A stretch of 64,000 nucleotides of DNA from an uncultured Bacteroidaceae bacterium (GTDB taxonomy: Bacteria > Bacteroidota > Bacteroidia > Bacteroidales > JAADGE01): assembly GCA_964472505.1 (NCBI GenBank), contig CAYYQW010000002.1, forward strand, positions 43,750-107,749, read 5' to 3'. The position numbers and the translations under genes were made by a program. The notes beneath the pieces are model-generated. The model made no database searches, was not told the origin of the DNA, and saw only the letters and a program-made list of their open reading frames with translations. Positions 1-9,639 of the stretch are shown one piece after another (the first letter of the stretch is position 1; every line of letters begins with the position of its first letter).

Positions 1-1
1 A

Positions 2-1846
2 GATATTTCTTGTGTAAAATGCCATACGGATGTTACACCGGATCACGAAGAACGCCCGTGCATCAGCGCAGAAAAACCGGATTGTTCCAACTGCCATTCG
101 GATATTTCACAATTTTATTTGGCTTCATCGCACGGAGCTGCCCATTTGGATAATGACCCCAATGCACCATACTGCATTGATTGTCACGGCGGACATGATG
201 TATTGGAAGTTTCCGACTCCGAAGCGAGAGCATATCGCGGAAATATTCCCAAACTTTGCGGCGACTGCCATTCTGATGACACCGAAATGCCCGAAGATAA
301 AACTTCGTACAAAGATTACTCACAAAGTGTGCACGGAAAAGGCTTAACAAGCAAAGGGCTGCTTGTAAGCGCAGTCTGTACCGATTGCCATACCACACAT
401 TTTATTCTTAACTCAGAAGACGAACGTTCGTCAACCAATCATTTCAATGTAGCCACTACCTGTGCAAGCTGCCACAAAGGCATTTATGACGAATATATTA
501 AAAGTCAACATGCTGTTTCAAAAGAAAGTGATAAAAAATATCCGACTTGCGACAATTGCCATACATCGCATACCATTACCGAAATAAGCACTGATGAATT
601 TATGTATGAAATCATGCACCAGTGCCGAGAATGCCATGTGGATTTGGCTGATTCATATTTGGAAACCTACCACGGAAAAGCTTATCTGCTTGGCTCAGAT
701 AATGCCGCTCGTTGCTCCGATTGCCACGGTTCTCACAACATCTACGGAATGGAGCACCCGGAATCAACCGTGCATTTTGATAATATAATTGAAACATGTA
801 AGCAATGCCACACAAACGCCAACGAAAAATTCACGGGATATCTCACACATGCCACTCATTACAACAAAAAGAAATTCCCGGAACTTTATTATACCTATTG
901 GGCAATGACCGGTTTACTGATAGCGGTATTTACCTTTTTCGGAATCCACACCATACTTTGGATTCCTCGTTCAATAAGAGAACGAAGAAAAAACAAAAAA
1001 GCCGGTATTAAGACAAGCGGACGCATTAAATATGTAAAACGATTCGAGAAAGCTCAAATCATCACACACCTTTTTGTTATAATAAGCTTTTTATCATTGG
1101 CCGTTACCGGAATGATTCTAAAATTCGCACACACCGAATGGGCGCAAACCATTGTTAAAATATTCGGAAGTGTGGAAGGCGCCGGTGTTATCCACAGAAT
1201 TGGAGCAACTATTACGTTTGGCTATTTTATTTACCATATCATACATCTAATACAATTACGAAAACGAAAAGGCTTGAGTTTTAAATCATTTTTCTTTGGA
1301 AAAGACTCGCTGGTACCCACCGGAAAAGATTTCAAAGATTTTTGGGCTACCATAAAATGGTTTGTAGGCGCAGGACCGAAACCGGCTTACGGACGCTGGA
1401 CTTATTGGGAAAAATTTGATTATATGGCCGTATTTTGGGGTGTTGCCGTTATTGGTTTCACGGGCTTAATGCTTTGGTTTCCGGAATTTTTCTCTTTGTT
1501 TTTGCCCGGCAAGTTCATCAACATTGCTCAAATCATACACAGCGATGAAGCACTTATGGCCGTAGGTTTTATCTTTACCGTGCATTTTTTCAATACCCAT
1601 TTGCGTCCCGATGCGTTCCCAATGGATACTGTAATTTTTACGGGACACATGCCTTTGGAAAAATTCAAAGAAGAACGTCCGGAAGAATATAAAGAGCTTA
1701 AAGAATCCGGAAAATTAGAAGAACTAACAGAAGAAAAAGAGTTTTCAAAACTCAGGATGCAAGTTATTCGTGCAGCAGGCTTTACTTTTGTAGCCATTGG
1801 GCTTATAACCGTAGCGCTAATAGTTTGGTCGTTGATTGCATTGTAA
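2..1846 (+). CDS. Multiheme c-type cytochrome fused to a membrane b-type cytochrome domain (CbcL-like candidate quinol:cytochrome oxidoreductase). The 5' end lies outside the window.
   Basis: Frame 2 is open from the window edge, so the TTG start at 119 in the ORF track is an artefact; the upstream codons read DISCVKCH...CSNCH. The visible part has ten CXXCH motifs (CVKCH, CSNCH, CIDCH, CGDCH, CTDCH, CASCH, CDNCH, CRECH, CSDCH, CKQCH). These are followed by about 5-6 hydrophobic helices with conserved His residues (ITHLF, VIHRIG, YHIIHL, TVHFFNTHL), as in FdnI/HydC-type cytochromes b. Confidence 0.8.
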   Translation, partial: DISCVKCHTDVTPDHEERPCISAEKPDCSNCHSDISQFYLASSHGAAHLDNDPNAPYCIDCHGGHDVLEVSDSEARAYRGNIPKLCGDCHSDDTEMPEDKTSYKDYSQSVHGKGLTSKGLLVSAVCTDCHTTHFILNSEDERSSTNHFNVATTCASCHKGIYDEYIKSQHAVSKESDKKYPTCDNCHTSHTITEISTDEFMYEIMHQCRECHVDLADSYLETYHGKAYLLGSDNAARCSDCHGSHNIYGMEHPESTVHFDNIIETCKQCHTNANEKFTGYLTHATHYNKKKFPELYYTYWAMTGLLIAVFTFFGIHTILWIPRSIRERRKNKKAGIKTSGRIKYVKRFEKAQIITHLFVIISFLSLAVTGMILKFAHTEWAQTIVKIFGSVEGAGVIHRIGATITFGYFIYHIIHLIQLRKRKGLSFKSFFFGKDSLVPTGKDFKDFWATIKWFVGAGPKPAYGRWTYWEKFDYMAVFWGVAVIGFTGLMLWFPEFFSLFLPGKFINIAQIIHSDEALMAVGFIFTVHFFNTHLRPDAFPMDTVIFTGHMPLEKFKEERPEEYKELKESGKLEELTEEKEFSKLRMQVIRAAGFTFVAIGLITVALIVWSLIAL

Positions 1847-1869
1847 AAACTCCTAATAACATTTAACTT

Positions 1870-1900
1870 AAAAGCCCGAAACATAATTGTTCGGGCTTTT
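1870..1900. terminator. Bidirectional intrinsic terminator between convergent genes
   Basis: The stem is AAAAGCCCGAA / TTCGGGCTTTT with a 9-nt loop. An A-run lies on the left and a T-run on the right. Confidence 0.6.
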
Positions 1901-1923
1901 TAATTAGCTAATTATTCTAAAAA

Positions 1924-2475
1924 CTACTTCAAATGTTTTTCCAACTCTTGTTTAAGCCTCCGCCCTCGGAGGTTGGTGGCTACAATAATACCGTCGCCGT
2001 CAATTAAGAAATTACTTGGTATGCCGCGCACACTATACTTAGCTGCTCCTTCAGAGTTCCACCCTTTAAGGTCGCTTACATGGTATGGCCATTTTAAGTT
2101 ATCATCTTCAATGGCTTTTACCCAAGACGCTTTGTTATTATCAAGCGAAACTCCATAAACAGTAAAACCGGAACCATTCTTAAATTCTTTATCTTTAAAT
2201 TCGTCATAATTAGCAACTACGTGAGGATTTTCACGGCGGCACGGGCCACACCAGGCTGCCCAAAAATCAATCAATACATATTTGCCCTGCAAAGAAGGTA
2301 AAGCGATAGAGTCACCGTCAGGCGAAAGATATTCAAGCTCGGGAGCTTTGTCTCCAATTTCAATACCTACTTTTGGCGTATCCTCAGTATTCTGAGTGGT
2401 TTTAACTTGTCCTTTCTGCGCCGAGAGCGACAACACAAAGAAAAGAGCTGCAATTGTTACAAATATTCGTTTCAT
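1924..2475 (-). CDS. TlpA/ResA-like periplasmic thiol:disulfide oxidoreductase (thioredoxin fold)
   Basis: The protein has a WCGPC active-site motif and a signal peptide (MKRIFVTIAALFFVLSLSAQ). The start was moved to the ATG at 2475. The gene lies next to cytochrome c maturation genes. Confidence 0.85.
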   Translation of the reverse strand: MKRIFVTIAALFFVLSLSAQKGQVKTTQNTEDTPKVGIEIGDKAPELEYLSPDGDSIALPSLQGKYVLIDFWAAWCGPCRRENPHVVANYDEFKDKEFKNGSGFTVYGVSLDNNKASWVKAIEDDNLKWPYHVSDLKGWNSEGAAKYSVRGIPSNFLIDGDGIIVATNLRGRRLKQELEKHLK

Positions 2476-2635
2476 AAAATAAAGTTTATGGGCTTTATTA
2501 CCAAAAAGAGACAATAGTACCCGATTTAAAAAATTGTTTCTAATTTTGAGTGCTGAATATATAACTCAAAATTAAATAAAAGATTATGCAGTCTTTTATT
2601 TTTTTACCATTAAGTTTTAAAGCAGGCCGACAATA

Positions 2636-2667
2636 AAAAAGGCCGACATGTATTTGTCGGCCTTTTT
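2636..2667 (-). terminator. Intrinsic terminator downstream of the 2685-3446 gene
   Basis: The hairpin is AAAAAGGCCGACA-loop-TGTCGGCCTTTTT. A T-run is available on either strand. Confidence 0.6.
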
Positions 2668-2684
2668 ACGATTTCTTAAAGCAA

Positions 2685-3446
2685 TTACTTGAGTTCTGAT
2701 TCCTCAACTAAGACTTTATAAAAGTATCCGTATCCGAAATCTTTATCCAGTACTACAGTTCCTTCAAAGATAACGGTATCTCCTTCTTCTACAGCCTCTA
2801 AAGTTGTGAGCGTTAGGTCAAAATCACCGTCATGCTCCGTTCCGTCTTGCAAATGCACCCAATTACGATCCATAATGGCCGGACTGAATTTAGTAACTAC
2901 ACCGCTTACTTTTACCGGTTTTCCGTCATATTTATCTTTATTTTTGTATAACTCTTCGATAGTTATCGCACCTTCAGGGGTTGCTACGGTTATTTCCTGT
3001 TTTACGGCTTGGTGTTTACCGCTTTGCTCGGTAACGGCTTTTTCAGTATCATGAGGATTTCCCATTCCGTGAGGGCTTTCCATACCGTGCGGCGAATCAC
3101 CATGGGCATGTTCTTGATTCTCTGAAATCGGCTTGGTAGAAATATTGTCCACAAATAATATATTATCAAAAGTGCGTTCGAGCTCTTTGCTTTCAAAATT
3201 CTCCATAACCATGGCACCTGCGTAGTAATATTCATCGCCTACATTGGCATCCGTTTTTGACACAGCCATCCATTTCTCTTCTCCGGCTTCATCTATTTTC
3301 AGGTAGGTGTAGTTTGAGCTTTGAATCACCTCTTTTACGGTTACCGGACTTTGTTGGTCAGCTTCTCCTGATTCGGAACCGTTCTCTGAGCCGCAGGCTG
3401 CAAAAAGAAAAAGAATAGCTATTGCGTAAATTAAATTTTTGTACAT
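2685..3446 (-). CDS. Lipoprotein with two OB-fold-like halves and a His/Met-rich linker (function unknown, possible metal binding)
   Basis: The N-terminus has a lipobox (LFAAC). The central tract reads HAHGDSPHGMESPHGMGNPHD. The C-terminal half (GKPVKVSGVVTKF...NWVHLQDG) resembles YgiW/BOF-type OB-fold proteins from memory only. Confidence 0.6.
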   Translation of the reverse strand: MYKNLIYAIAILFLFAACGSENGSESGEADQQSPVTVKEVIQSSNYTYLKIDEAGEEKWMAVSKTDANVGDEYYYAGAMVMENFESKELERTFDNILFVDNISTKPISENQEHAHGDSPHGMESPHGMGNPHDTEKAVTEQSGKHQAVKQEITVATPEGAITIEELYKNKDKYDGKPVKVSGVVTKFSPAIMDRNWVHLQDGTEHDGDFDLTLTTLEAVEEGDTVIFEGTVVLDKDFGYGYFYKVLVEESELK

Positions 3447-3753
3447 AGTTTTCTGTTATTTTAAATTATTAAATATTTGCATATCAAAATACAAAAATAA
3501 CAACTATTCTTTTTTTCAATGCAAATTTTATAATTTCTGCAATGTTTTTTAAAACAAATAAAAATAAAAACACACAATAAAATGTATTTTCATCGGCCAT
3601 GCTTTCAAAATGACAGGCGGTAGAAACTGAAAATAAAGAATTTAGCATCCGTAATTATCAATAAAGACCTAAGTGCTTTAAAATTCACTTCTTAAAAAAA
3701 AATCAAGACAAGGTCTTTCATTAAAATATCTTTAAATCTTAATTATTTTCTGC

Positions 3754-3761
3754 TATTTTTG
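3754..3761 (+). promoter_or_regulatory. Putative Bacteroidota -7 promoter box (TATTTTTG) for ccsBA
   Basis: The sequence matches TAnnTTTG and ends 17 nt upstream of the ATG at 3779. It sits inside the palindrome TTCTGC-TATTTTT-GCAGAA. Confidence 0.35.
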
Positions 3762-3778
3762 CAGAAAAATTTTTATTT

Positions 3779-6700
3779 ATGAAAACGATATACAACTTTT
3801 TAGCATCTAAAAAATTAACCCTCATTTTGTTGTTGGCCTTATCCGTTGCAACCGGAATAGCAACTTTTGTGGAAGAGGCACACGATACCGAAACCGCTAA
3901 AACTTTAATCTACAGCGCAAGGTGGTTTGAAATTCTTCTGGCTCTTACGGTATTGAATCTCGTACTGGTACTGTACGAATTCGGAATAGGAATAAAAAAC
4001 AGACCGGGCATATTCATTTTACACATTGCTTTTATAGTAATGCTTATCGGAGCAGCACTAACACGCTATGTAGGTTACGAAGGCGTAATGCATATTCGTG
4101 AAGGGAGTCAATCGAACGAAATTCATACCTACTCGGCATTTTTCAAAGCCAAACATACAGAAAACGGAGACAGTACAATAAAAGAAGAAGGAATAACCAT
4201 TGCCAAGTTGGAAACATCACCTTTTTCATTTAACATCCCAACCAAATCCGGAGATTTAAAAATCAGATATAAAGCATATATCCCGCGAGCAAGCAAAACC
4301 ATACGCCAAGTAAGTGAAGGAGGTAAAGAATATCTGGAAATATACACGGCAGGAAGAAGCCGCGGCAATACAAATTTCATATCGCCGGGCGAAAGCCTTA
4401 GTATGGATGAAACGAGCTTTTCATTTGAACCGCAAAACGAGATAAACCAAGCCGGTATTGTTGTGAAAAAAGAAGGAAAAGGCTTTAATATCCGCTCGAG
4501 CGAAAGAATCATACGTTCGACTCCCCAAGGACAAGTAATTGATACACTTAAGATTGATTCCGTCTATGTTTTGGAAAAAGATATTGTATATAATTTACCG
4601 TCTCAAATGTTTGTTTACACCAATTATTATACAAGCGGAATCATTGAATACACATCACAAAACACTGACCGAAGCCTAAAAGACATAATTGTGGTTGCGG
4701 CAGAACTTCAGGGGCAAACTAAGGATTTATATGTACCGGGAGGCAGTAATTATACAGCCGAGTACGATACATATTCAGTCAACAGCACAGAAATTGACTT
4801 AGCCTACGGAATAAAAACAATTGAATTGCCTTTTGCTCTTCAATTAAACGATTTCATACTGGAACGCTACCCCGGCTCCAAAAGCCCGAAATCTTATGAA
4901 AGTCAAGTAACATTAATAGACAAACGAAACGGAACAAAAGAAAAACACAGAATATATATGAATAATGTATTGGATTATGACGGCTATCGTTTTTTTCAAT
5001 CGTCTTATGACCAAGATGAGAAAGGTACGATTCTGTCAGTCAGTTATGATTTTTGGGGTAAATGGGTAACTTATATCAGCTACTTCCTTTTATTTTTAGG
5101 ATTTTTGATACCCTTCTTTAAGAAAAAGTCGCGCTTCAACCTGCTGCGCAAGCGAATAAAAGAAATCAGAGCCGCTCGAAAAGCGCTCATGATTAGCCTG
5201 CTCATCGCAATTGGCTCGCTTGGCAGTGCTCAGGCACAAAATCCGACTGCTACGGTAGATAAAGCGCATTTAAGCAAATTTGAAGAGACCATTGTTCAAT
5301 CATTCGGCGGAAGATTTGAGCCGGTTCATACGCTTGCTGTGGATGTATTGCATAAGGTTTCAAAAACACACACGATTAGTACTCCCGAAAAGGGGAAATT
5401 AAGCCCTATGGAAGCCTTTACAGATATGATGCTCAATCCGCAATACTGGCAAAGTCAAGCCATTGTAAACATATCCAATGAAGCCATTCGGCAGATAGTA
5501 GGCATTAGCGGAGAATATGCAAGCTTTAATCAGTTTTTTGATGCTCGCGGACATTTCAAATTAGGCCAACAATCTGAAGAAGCTTTCAGAAAAAGCCCGG
5601 CAGAACAATCAAAATTCGATAAAGAAGTAATGAAAGTTAACGAACAACTCAACATACTCTCCATGGCCTTTAACGGAGATATGTTACGCATATTCCCCGG
5701 CGAGAAACTGGAAAATTTCAAATGGATTGCTCCTACCGATTCTTTGGCCTACCGCCCGATAACCGGAAAGCTCTCCGTAATTAATGAAGACCTTCAGATA
5801 CAGCCATTTACATTTAACAACTTGTTCGTTCACTACATCAATGCTTTACGCAACGGCGTGATGACTAATGACTACTCTCGAGCCGACCGTATTTTGTCGT
5901 ACATTAAATCCATTCAACGGCAAAGCACGGCTGCCCATATACTGCCCTCGGAAACAAAATTAAAAATGGAGGTACATTACAACAATGCCCGCATATTTGT
6001 AGTGCTGAAATACCTGTATATGATACTGAGTGTGGTTCTGCTTTTACTCACTTTTACCGAAAACTTAAAGGCAAAGCACTCGCCCAAACTCAGCTTGCTC
6101 ACAAACATTCTGTTTGGTGTATTGGCAGCGGCCTTTCTATATCACACCTACGGCATGGGACTCAGATGGTACATTGCCGGGCACGCACCTTGGTCCAACG
6201 GATACGAATCCTTAATATTAGTAGCTTGGGGCGGCTTGCTGGCCGGATTTATTTTTATGAAATACTCACGTATTACTCTTGCAGCAACGGCCTTATTAGC
6301 ATTTTTTGTCTTGCTTACGGCCGGTTTCAGCACTTACGATCCGAAAATGACACCACTGGTACCCGTTCTGGATTCTTATTGGTTAATCATTCACGTAGCG
6401 GCTATGGTTGTGAGTTACGGTTTTCTGGGTATAGGTTTTATTCTCGGAATTATAAATCTGTTTATTTATCTCTTCAAGAAAGAACATAATAAAACACGCA
6501 TAAACCTCACCATAAAAGAGCTGACTAATATTAATGAACTAAATCTGCAAATCGGACTGTTTTTGGCCGTAGCCGGAACTTTTCTCGGTGCCATTTGGGC
6601 CAATGAATCTTGGGGCCGATACTGGGGATGGGATGCCAAAGAAACCTGGGCATTAATCATTCTGCTTGTTTATGCCATAGTTATCCACATGCGGCATTTA

Positions 6701-6943
6701 CCCAAATTCAATGATGCGCTGGTATTTAATATTGCATCGGTTATTGGTTTTGCCAGTGTAATGATGACTTTCTTTGGCGTAAACTATTATCTTACAAAAG
6801 GAATGCACAGCTATGCAGCCGGTGACAAAACAGTCTTCCCGCTTTACGCATGGTTTATTATTATCGGTGTTTTGGCACTGATAACAGCTGCCATAGTCAA
6901 AGAAAAATATATTTTGAAAGATGAAAAAATAAAAACCAAGTAG
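3779..6943 (+). CDS. ccsBA: System II cytochrome c synthase, fused CcsB(ResB)-CcsA
   Basis: The protein is 1054 aa with a ResB-like N-terminal half. The C-terminal half is polytopic and carries the WWD signature WGRYWGWDAKETWALI plus conserved His residues. Fused CcsBA is known in Bacteroides and Helicobacter. Confidence 0.9.
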   Translation: MKTIYNFLASKKLTLILLLALSVATGIATFVEEAHDTETAKTLIYSARWFEILLALTVLNLVLVLYEFGIGIKNRPGIFILHIAFIVMLIGAALTRYVGYEGVMHIREGSQSNEIHTYSAFFKAKHTENGDSTIKEEGITIAKLETSPFSFNIPTKSGDLKIRYKAYIPRASKTIRQVSEGGKEYLEIYTAGRSRGNTNFISPGESLSMDETSFSFEPQNEINQAGIVVKKEGKGFNIRSSERIIRSTPQGQVIDTLKIDSVYVLEKDIVYNLPSQMFVYTNYYTSGIIEYTSQNTDRSLKDIIVVAAELQGQTKDLYVPGGSNYTAEYDTYSVNSTEIDLAYGIKTIELPFALQLNDFILERYPGSKSPKSYESQVTLIDKRNGTKEKHRIYMNNVLDYDGYRFFQSSYDQDEKGTILSVSYDFWGKWVTYISYFLLFLGFLIPFFKKKSRFNLLRKRIKEIRAARKALMISLLIAIGSLGSAQAQNPTATVDKAHLSKFEETIVQSFGGRFEPVHTLAVDVLHKVSKTHTISTPEKGKLSPMEAFTDMMLNPQYWQSQAIVNISNEAIRQIVGISGEYASFNQFFDARGHFKLGQQSEEAFRKSPAEQSKFDKEVMKVNEQLNILSMAFNGDMLRIFPGEKLENFKWIAPTDSLAYRPITGKLSVINEDLQIQPFTFNNLFVHYINALRNGVMTNDYSRADRILSYIKSIQRQSTAAHILPSETKLKMEVHYNNARIFVVLKYLYMILSVVLLLLTFTENLKAKHSPKLSLLTNILFGVLAAAFLYHTYGMGLRWYIAGHAPWSNGYESLILVAWGGLLAGFIFMKYSRITLAATALLAFFVLLTAGFSTYDPKMTPLVPVLDSYWLIIHVAAMVVSYGFLGIGFILGIINLFIYLFKKEHNKTRINLTIKELTNINELNLQIGLFLAVAGTFLGAIWANESWGRYWGWDAKETWALIILLVYAIVIHMRHLPKFNDALVFNIASVIGFASVMMTFFGVNYYLTKGMHSYAAGDKTVFPLYAWFIIIGVLALITAAIVKEKYILKDEKIKTK

Positions 6944-6967
6944 CAGAAAGCTGACTCGAGAAATTAT

Positions 6968-7006
6968 AAATGCCGTCCGAAATCAAATGCTCGGACGGCA
7001 TTTTTA
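6968..7006 (+). terminator. Intrinsic terminator after ccsBA
   Basis: A 13-bp stem AAATGCCGTCCGA / TCGGACGGCATTT is followed by a T-run. Confidence 0.7.
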
Positions 7007-7252
7007 GCATCGGTTCCGACAGGTTTTTATTCTGATTTTTTTCGTATTTTAGTATCGATAATGCCTTAAATCCGGAAGATGTGACATGTCTGATTGAAGT
7101 ACAAACAGGTGGGGACACCTGTTTGGGTGAGATTTGCTTCAATCGGTGTCCTCACCGGCAGCACGCAGAAAAAGACATTCGGAATTAATGTAATGAACGA
7201 AAAACTAATGAAAGAGTCAGTTAGGTGTAGTTGAAATCTTAAAATTAAACCA

Positions 7253-7960
7253 ATGAAAACACAATTAATTTCTTTAATTCTTTTAGTCGTCTTGTCCCAT
7301 TCTTTATCGGCGCAGCGTATTGGTTATCAGGAAATTGATCCCGACAATGTGAGTACATGGCGAGCAGATTCGCCTGAAGCTTATCAGGGCGTCTATCATT
7401 TTGGCGAATCGGAAACGGAATGGGAGCTTAGCTTAATATTTGCCGAAGGACAATGCTACGGGCAAATATCATCCGGCAATTGGAATGCCGAAGGCAATTG
7501 GGTTGTAAATTACACCAATCTGAAAAATACCGAACTGCAAGACAATTGGCTGTTTTCCGACCAAATTAACGGCGAATTTGTGATGTATTACAATGAAAGT
7601 GTTCTTATGAAAGGCTTTAAACTTGACAATTCGAATGACGACCCGGGCGGCAAGGGCTTATATGAAATCGGTTTACAGCATTATCCGATTGAACAATATT
7701 TCGACGGCCGGTTTATTCAAGCTTCTTTAAGAGCGTTAAAGCCTGAAGAATTACAAAAAATGTCAGCTTACGAATTAAAAATAATGCGCAATGAAATATA
7801 TGCCCGCTACGGATACCGCTTTATTCCGGGCGGCGCTATGGACAAATATTTTTCCGATCAAACATGGTATCGCGCAAAGCATGATGATGTAAGTTCATTT
7901 CTTAGCGATTTGGAAATAAAAAATATTCGCATAATTCAGAAAGCCGAAAGGGAGAAATGA
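7253..7960 (+). CDS. YARHG domain-containing secreted protein
   Basis: The protein has a signal peptide and the motif MRNEIYARYGYRF, which is characteristic of the YARHG domain. Confidence 0.8.
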   Translation: MKTQLISLILLVVLSHSLSAQRIGYQEIDPDNVSTWRADSPEAYQGVYHFGESETEWELSLIFAEGQCYGQISSGNWNAEGNWVVNYTNLKNTELQDNWLFSDQINGEFVMYYNESVLMKGFKLDNSNDDPGGKGLYEIGLQHYPIEQYFDGRFIQASLRALKPEELQKMSAYELKIMRNEIYARYGYRFIPGGAMDKYFSDQTWYRAKHDDVSSFLSDLEIKNIRIIQKAEREK

Positions 7961-8000
7961 CTTTGACAGAACTAACTGATTGCCGGCTAACTTTCCAACA

Positions 8001-8558
8001 TTACCCATAGCCGTTTAAATCGCCGGGAGCATTGAAATTTTCAAAAGTATAATTAGTATCCACATAGGCCGTGCGAATTTGCTTCAAAAAATTCTGAACT
8101 TTAAAATCTCCCTTTTCTATCTGTTCAACAATAACAGGCAGTACCTCTTTGCTGTAGCAAGCGGTAAGAGGTTCAATTTTTCCCTTAGGATTACGCGGTA
8201 CAGCAGCATCAAAGCCGTCTATTTTGTTTAACAGAAGATGAAAAAGCTCCTTAGTAAGAAAAGGATTGTCGCAAGGTGCAATCAAATTCAATTTGTTGCC
8301 CGAAAGCCTGAGTGAAGCTTCAATTCCGCCCAAGGGCCCAACATTTTTATAATTATCGGCAACAATAGGGAAATTCAGTTTCTTATAATCTTCATTATTT
8401 GTACTGATAATTATTTCATCAGCCAATTCGTGCATAAGCTCCGTTGCATAATTAATGAGCAGCTTACCTCTAAATCGAATTAACGCTTTATCCCTTCCCA
8501 TTCGGCTGCTTTTACCGCCTGAAAGTATGATTCCGCTTATCTGTTTTCCGTCGAACAT
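8001..8558 (-). CDS. mobA: Molybdenum cofactor guanylyltransferase
   Basis: The N-terminal motif GIILSGGKSSRMGRDKAL is present. The start was moved to the ATG at 8558 (MFDGKQ). Confidence 0.8.
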   Translation of the reverse strand: MFDGKQISGIILSGGKSSRMGRDKALIRFRGKLLINYATELMHELADEIIISTNNEDYKKLNFPIVADNYKNVGPLGGIEASLRLSGNKLNLIAPCDNPFLTKELFHLLLNKIDGFDAAVPRNPKGKIEPLTACYSKEVLPVIVEQIEKGDFKVQNFLKQIRTAYVDTNYTFENFNAPGDLNGYG

Positions 8559-8688
8559 AGCGCTGAACTTTTTTTTCAAATTTAATATATTATTGATGCA
8601 AAGAAAGAAGCCTGCAAGCAAAAAGTTGCAGGCTCTGAATTATGTTAGAATATTTGCGAATGCGCTCCGCTTACAATCTGTCATTCAA

Positions 8689-9537
8689 CTACATGCGTAC
8701 TCGAATGTTAAAGCCAAACATAATTTCACCTTCGGTAAAATCATTTTTATTAAACAAAAAGTTTTGCTGCGGGATAATTTCTCTGAAAGGAGAGGCATAT
8801 ATTTGGAATACGTGAGTCATGGTTACCAATTCTACTCCGAGAGCCAAATTGGGTTTGGGTTCAAAAGCTTCTGTATATTCAGTCATCCCCTCAATATTAA
8901 AAGGATGTCCGTATTCGGCAATTACGGCAATATCATTGTACACTTTTGCACGCCCGCCAAAAGTAAGGCTAATGTTATCGTGATTGATGAGTGAATCAGC
9001 TGCATTTACATGGCTGAATGCCGGAGCTAACAGAAAAGAAATCTTATCGTTAACTCTGTGAGTAATGATTAGCTGTCCAAAATAAGATAAACGGTTAGTG
9101 AACGCATAATCTTTACCGAAAGCTGCTTCATCGCGAGCGTCAATTGCCATGTTACCGTATAATGTAACACCTACGGGCATGGAGTAAGATTCGGTTTGTT
9201 TAAGTGCCTGCCATTTAGCTTGGAAAGATTGCAATTTATTATTTTTTTCGGTACCGAAACCGACCATGATATCATCGGTAATTCCGTAATCAATTCCCAA
9301 ATAGATATTTGAAGGTGCATATAAACCAAAGAGATCGGAAACTTCCTCAATTTTACCGAAACGGTGCTGAATCATGTACTCCCATGAGCCCTTATAGGCC
9401 GTTTCATTGGTTCTGGTATCAATAAGCATTCCGCCTGAAAACGGGGCTATTACCGGAAAATCATTGTCTTGAGCAAAGATATTGGCATCTGCAAAAAAAG
9501 CAAATATAATAGCTGTCAGAAATATTTTTTTTAACAT
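8689..9537 (-). CDS. Putative outer-membrane beta-barrel protein
   Basis: The protein has a signal peptide (MLKKIFLTAIIFAFFADANIFAQ). The sequence alternates hydrophobic and polar residues and is rich in aromatics and Gly. It lies directly downstream of a cytochrome c lipoprotein gene. Confidence 0.6.
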   Translation of the reverse strand: MLKKIFLTAIIFAFFADANIFAQDNDFPVIAPFSGGMLIDTRTNETAYKGSWEYMIQHRFGKIEEVSDLFGLYAPSNIYLGIDYGITDDIMVGFGTEKNNKLQSFQAKWQALKQTESYSMPVGVTLYGNMAIDARDEAAFGKDYAFTNRLSYFGQLIITHRVNDKISFLLAPAFSHVNAADSLINHDNISLTFGGRAKVYNDIAVIAEYGHPFNIEGMTEYTEAFEPKPNLALGVELVTMTHVFQIYASPFREIIPQQNFLFNKNDFTEGEIMFGFNIRVRM

Positions 9538-9639
9538 AGTGTTGTCTTTAAAATAATTAATATTTGAATGGATTATTTAGATAGATACAAAACAGGAGGT
9601 TTATTGGGGTCTGTCTTGCCGCACGACAATTAAAGTCGG

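Noticed and set aside
119-121. TTG start of the first ORF, and the N-terminal extensions of several track ORFs (for example 47687-48694, 8001-8621, 21054-21749, 59260-59727)
   Set aside because: The first ORF is open to the window edge and encodes further heme motifs upstream. The other extensions precede obvious signal peptides or receiver-domain N-termini that begin at internal ATGs.
8455-8994. A 179-aa + strand ORF overlapping mobA and the beta-barrel gene
   Set aside because: It is antisense to two well-supported minus-strand genes and crosses their intergenic gap. It has no motifs.
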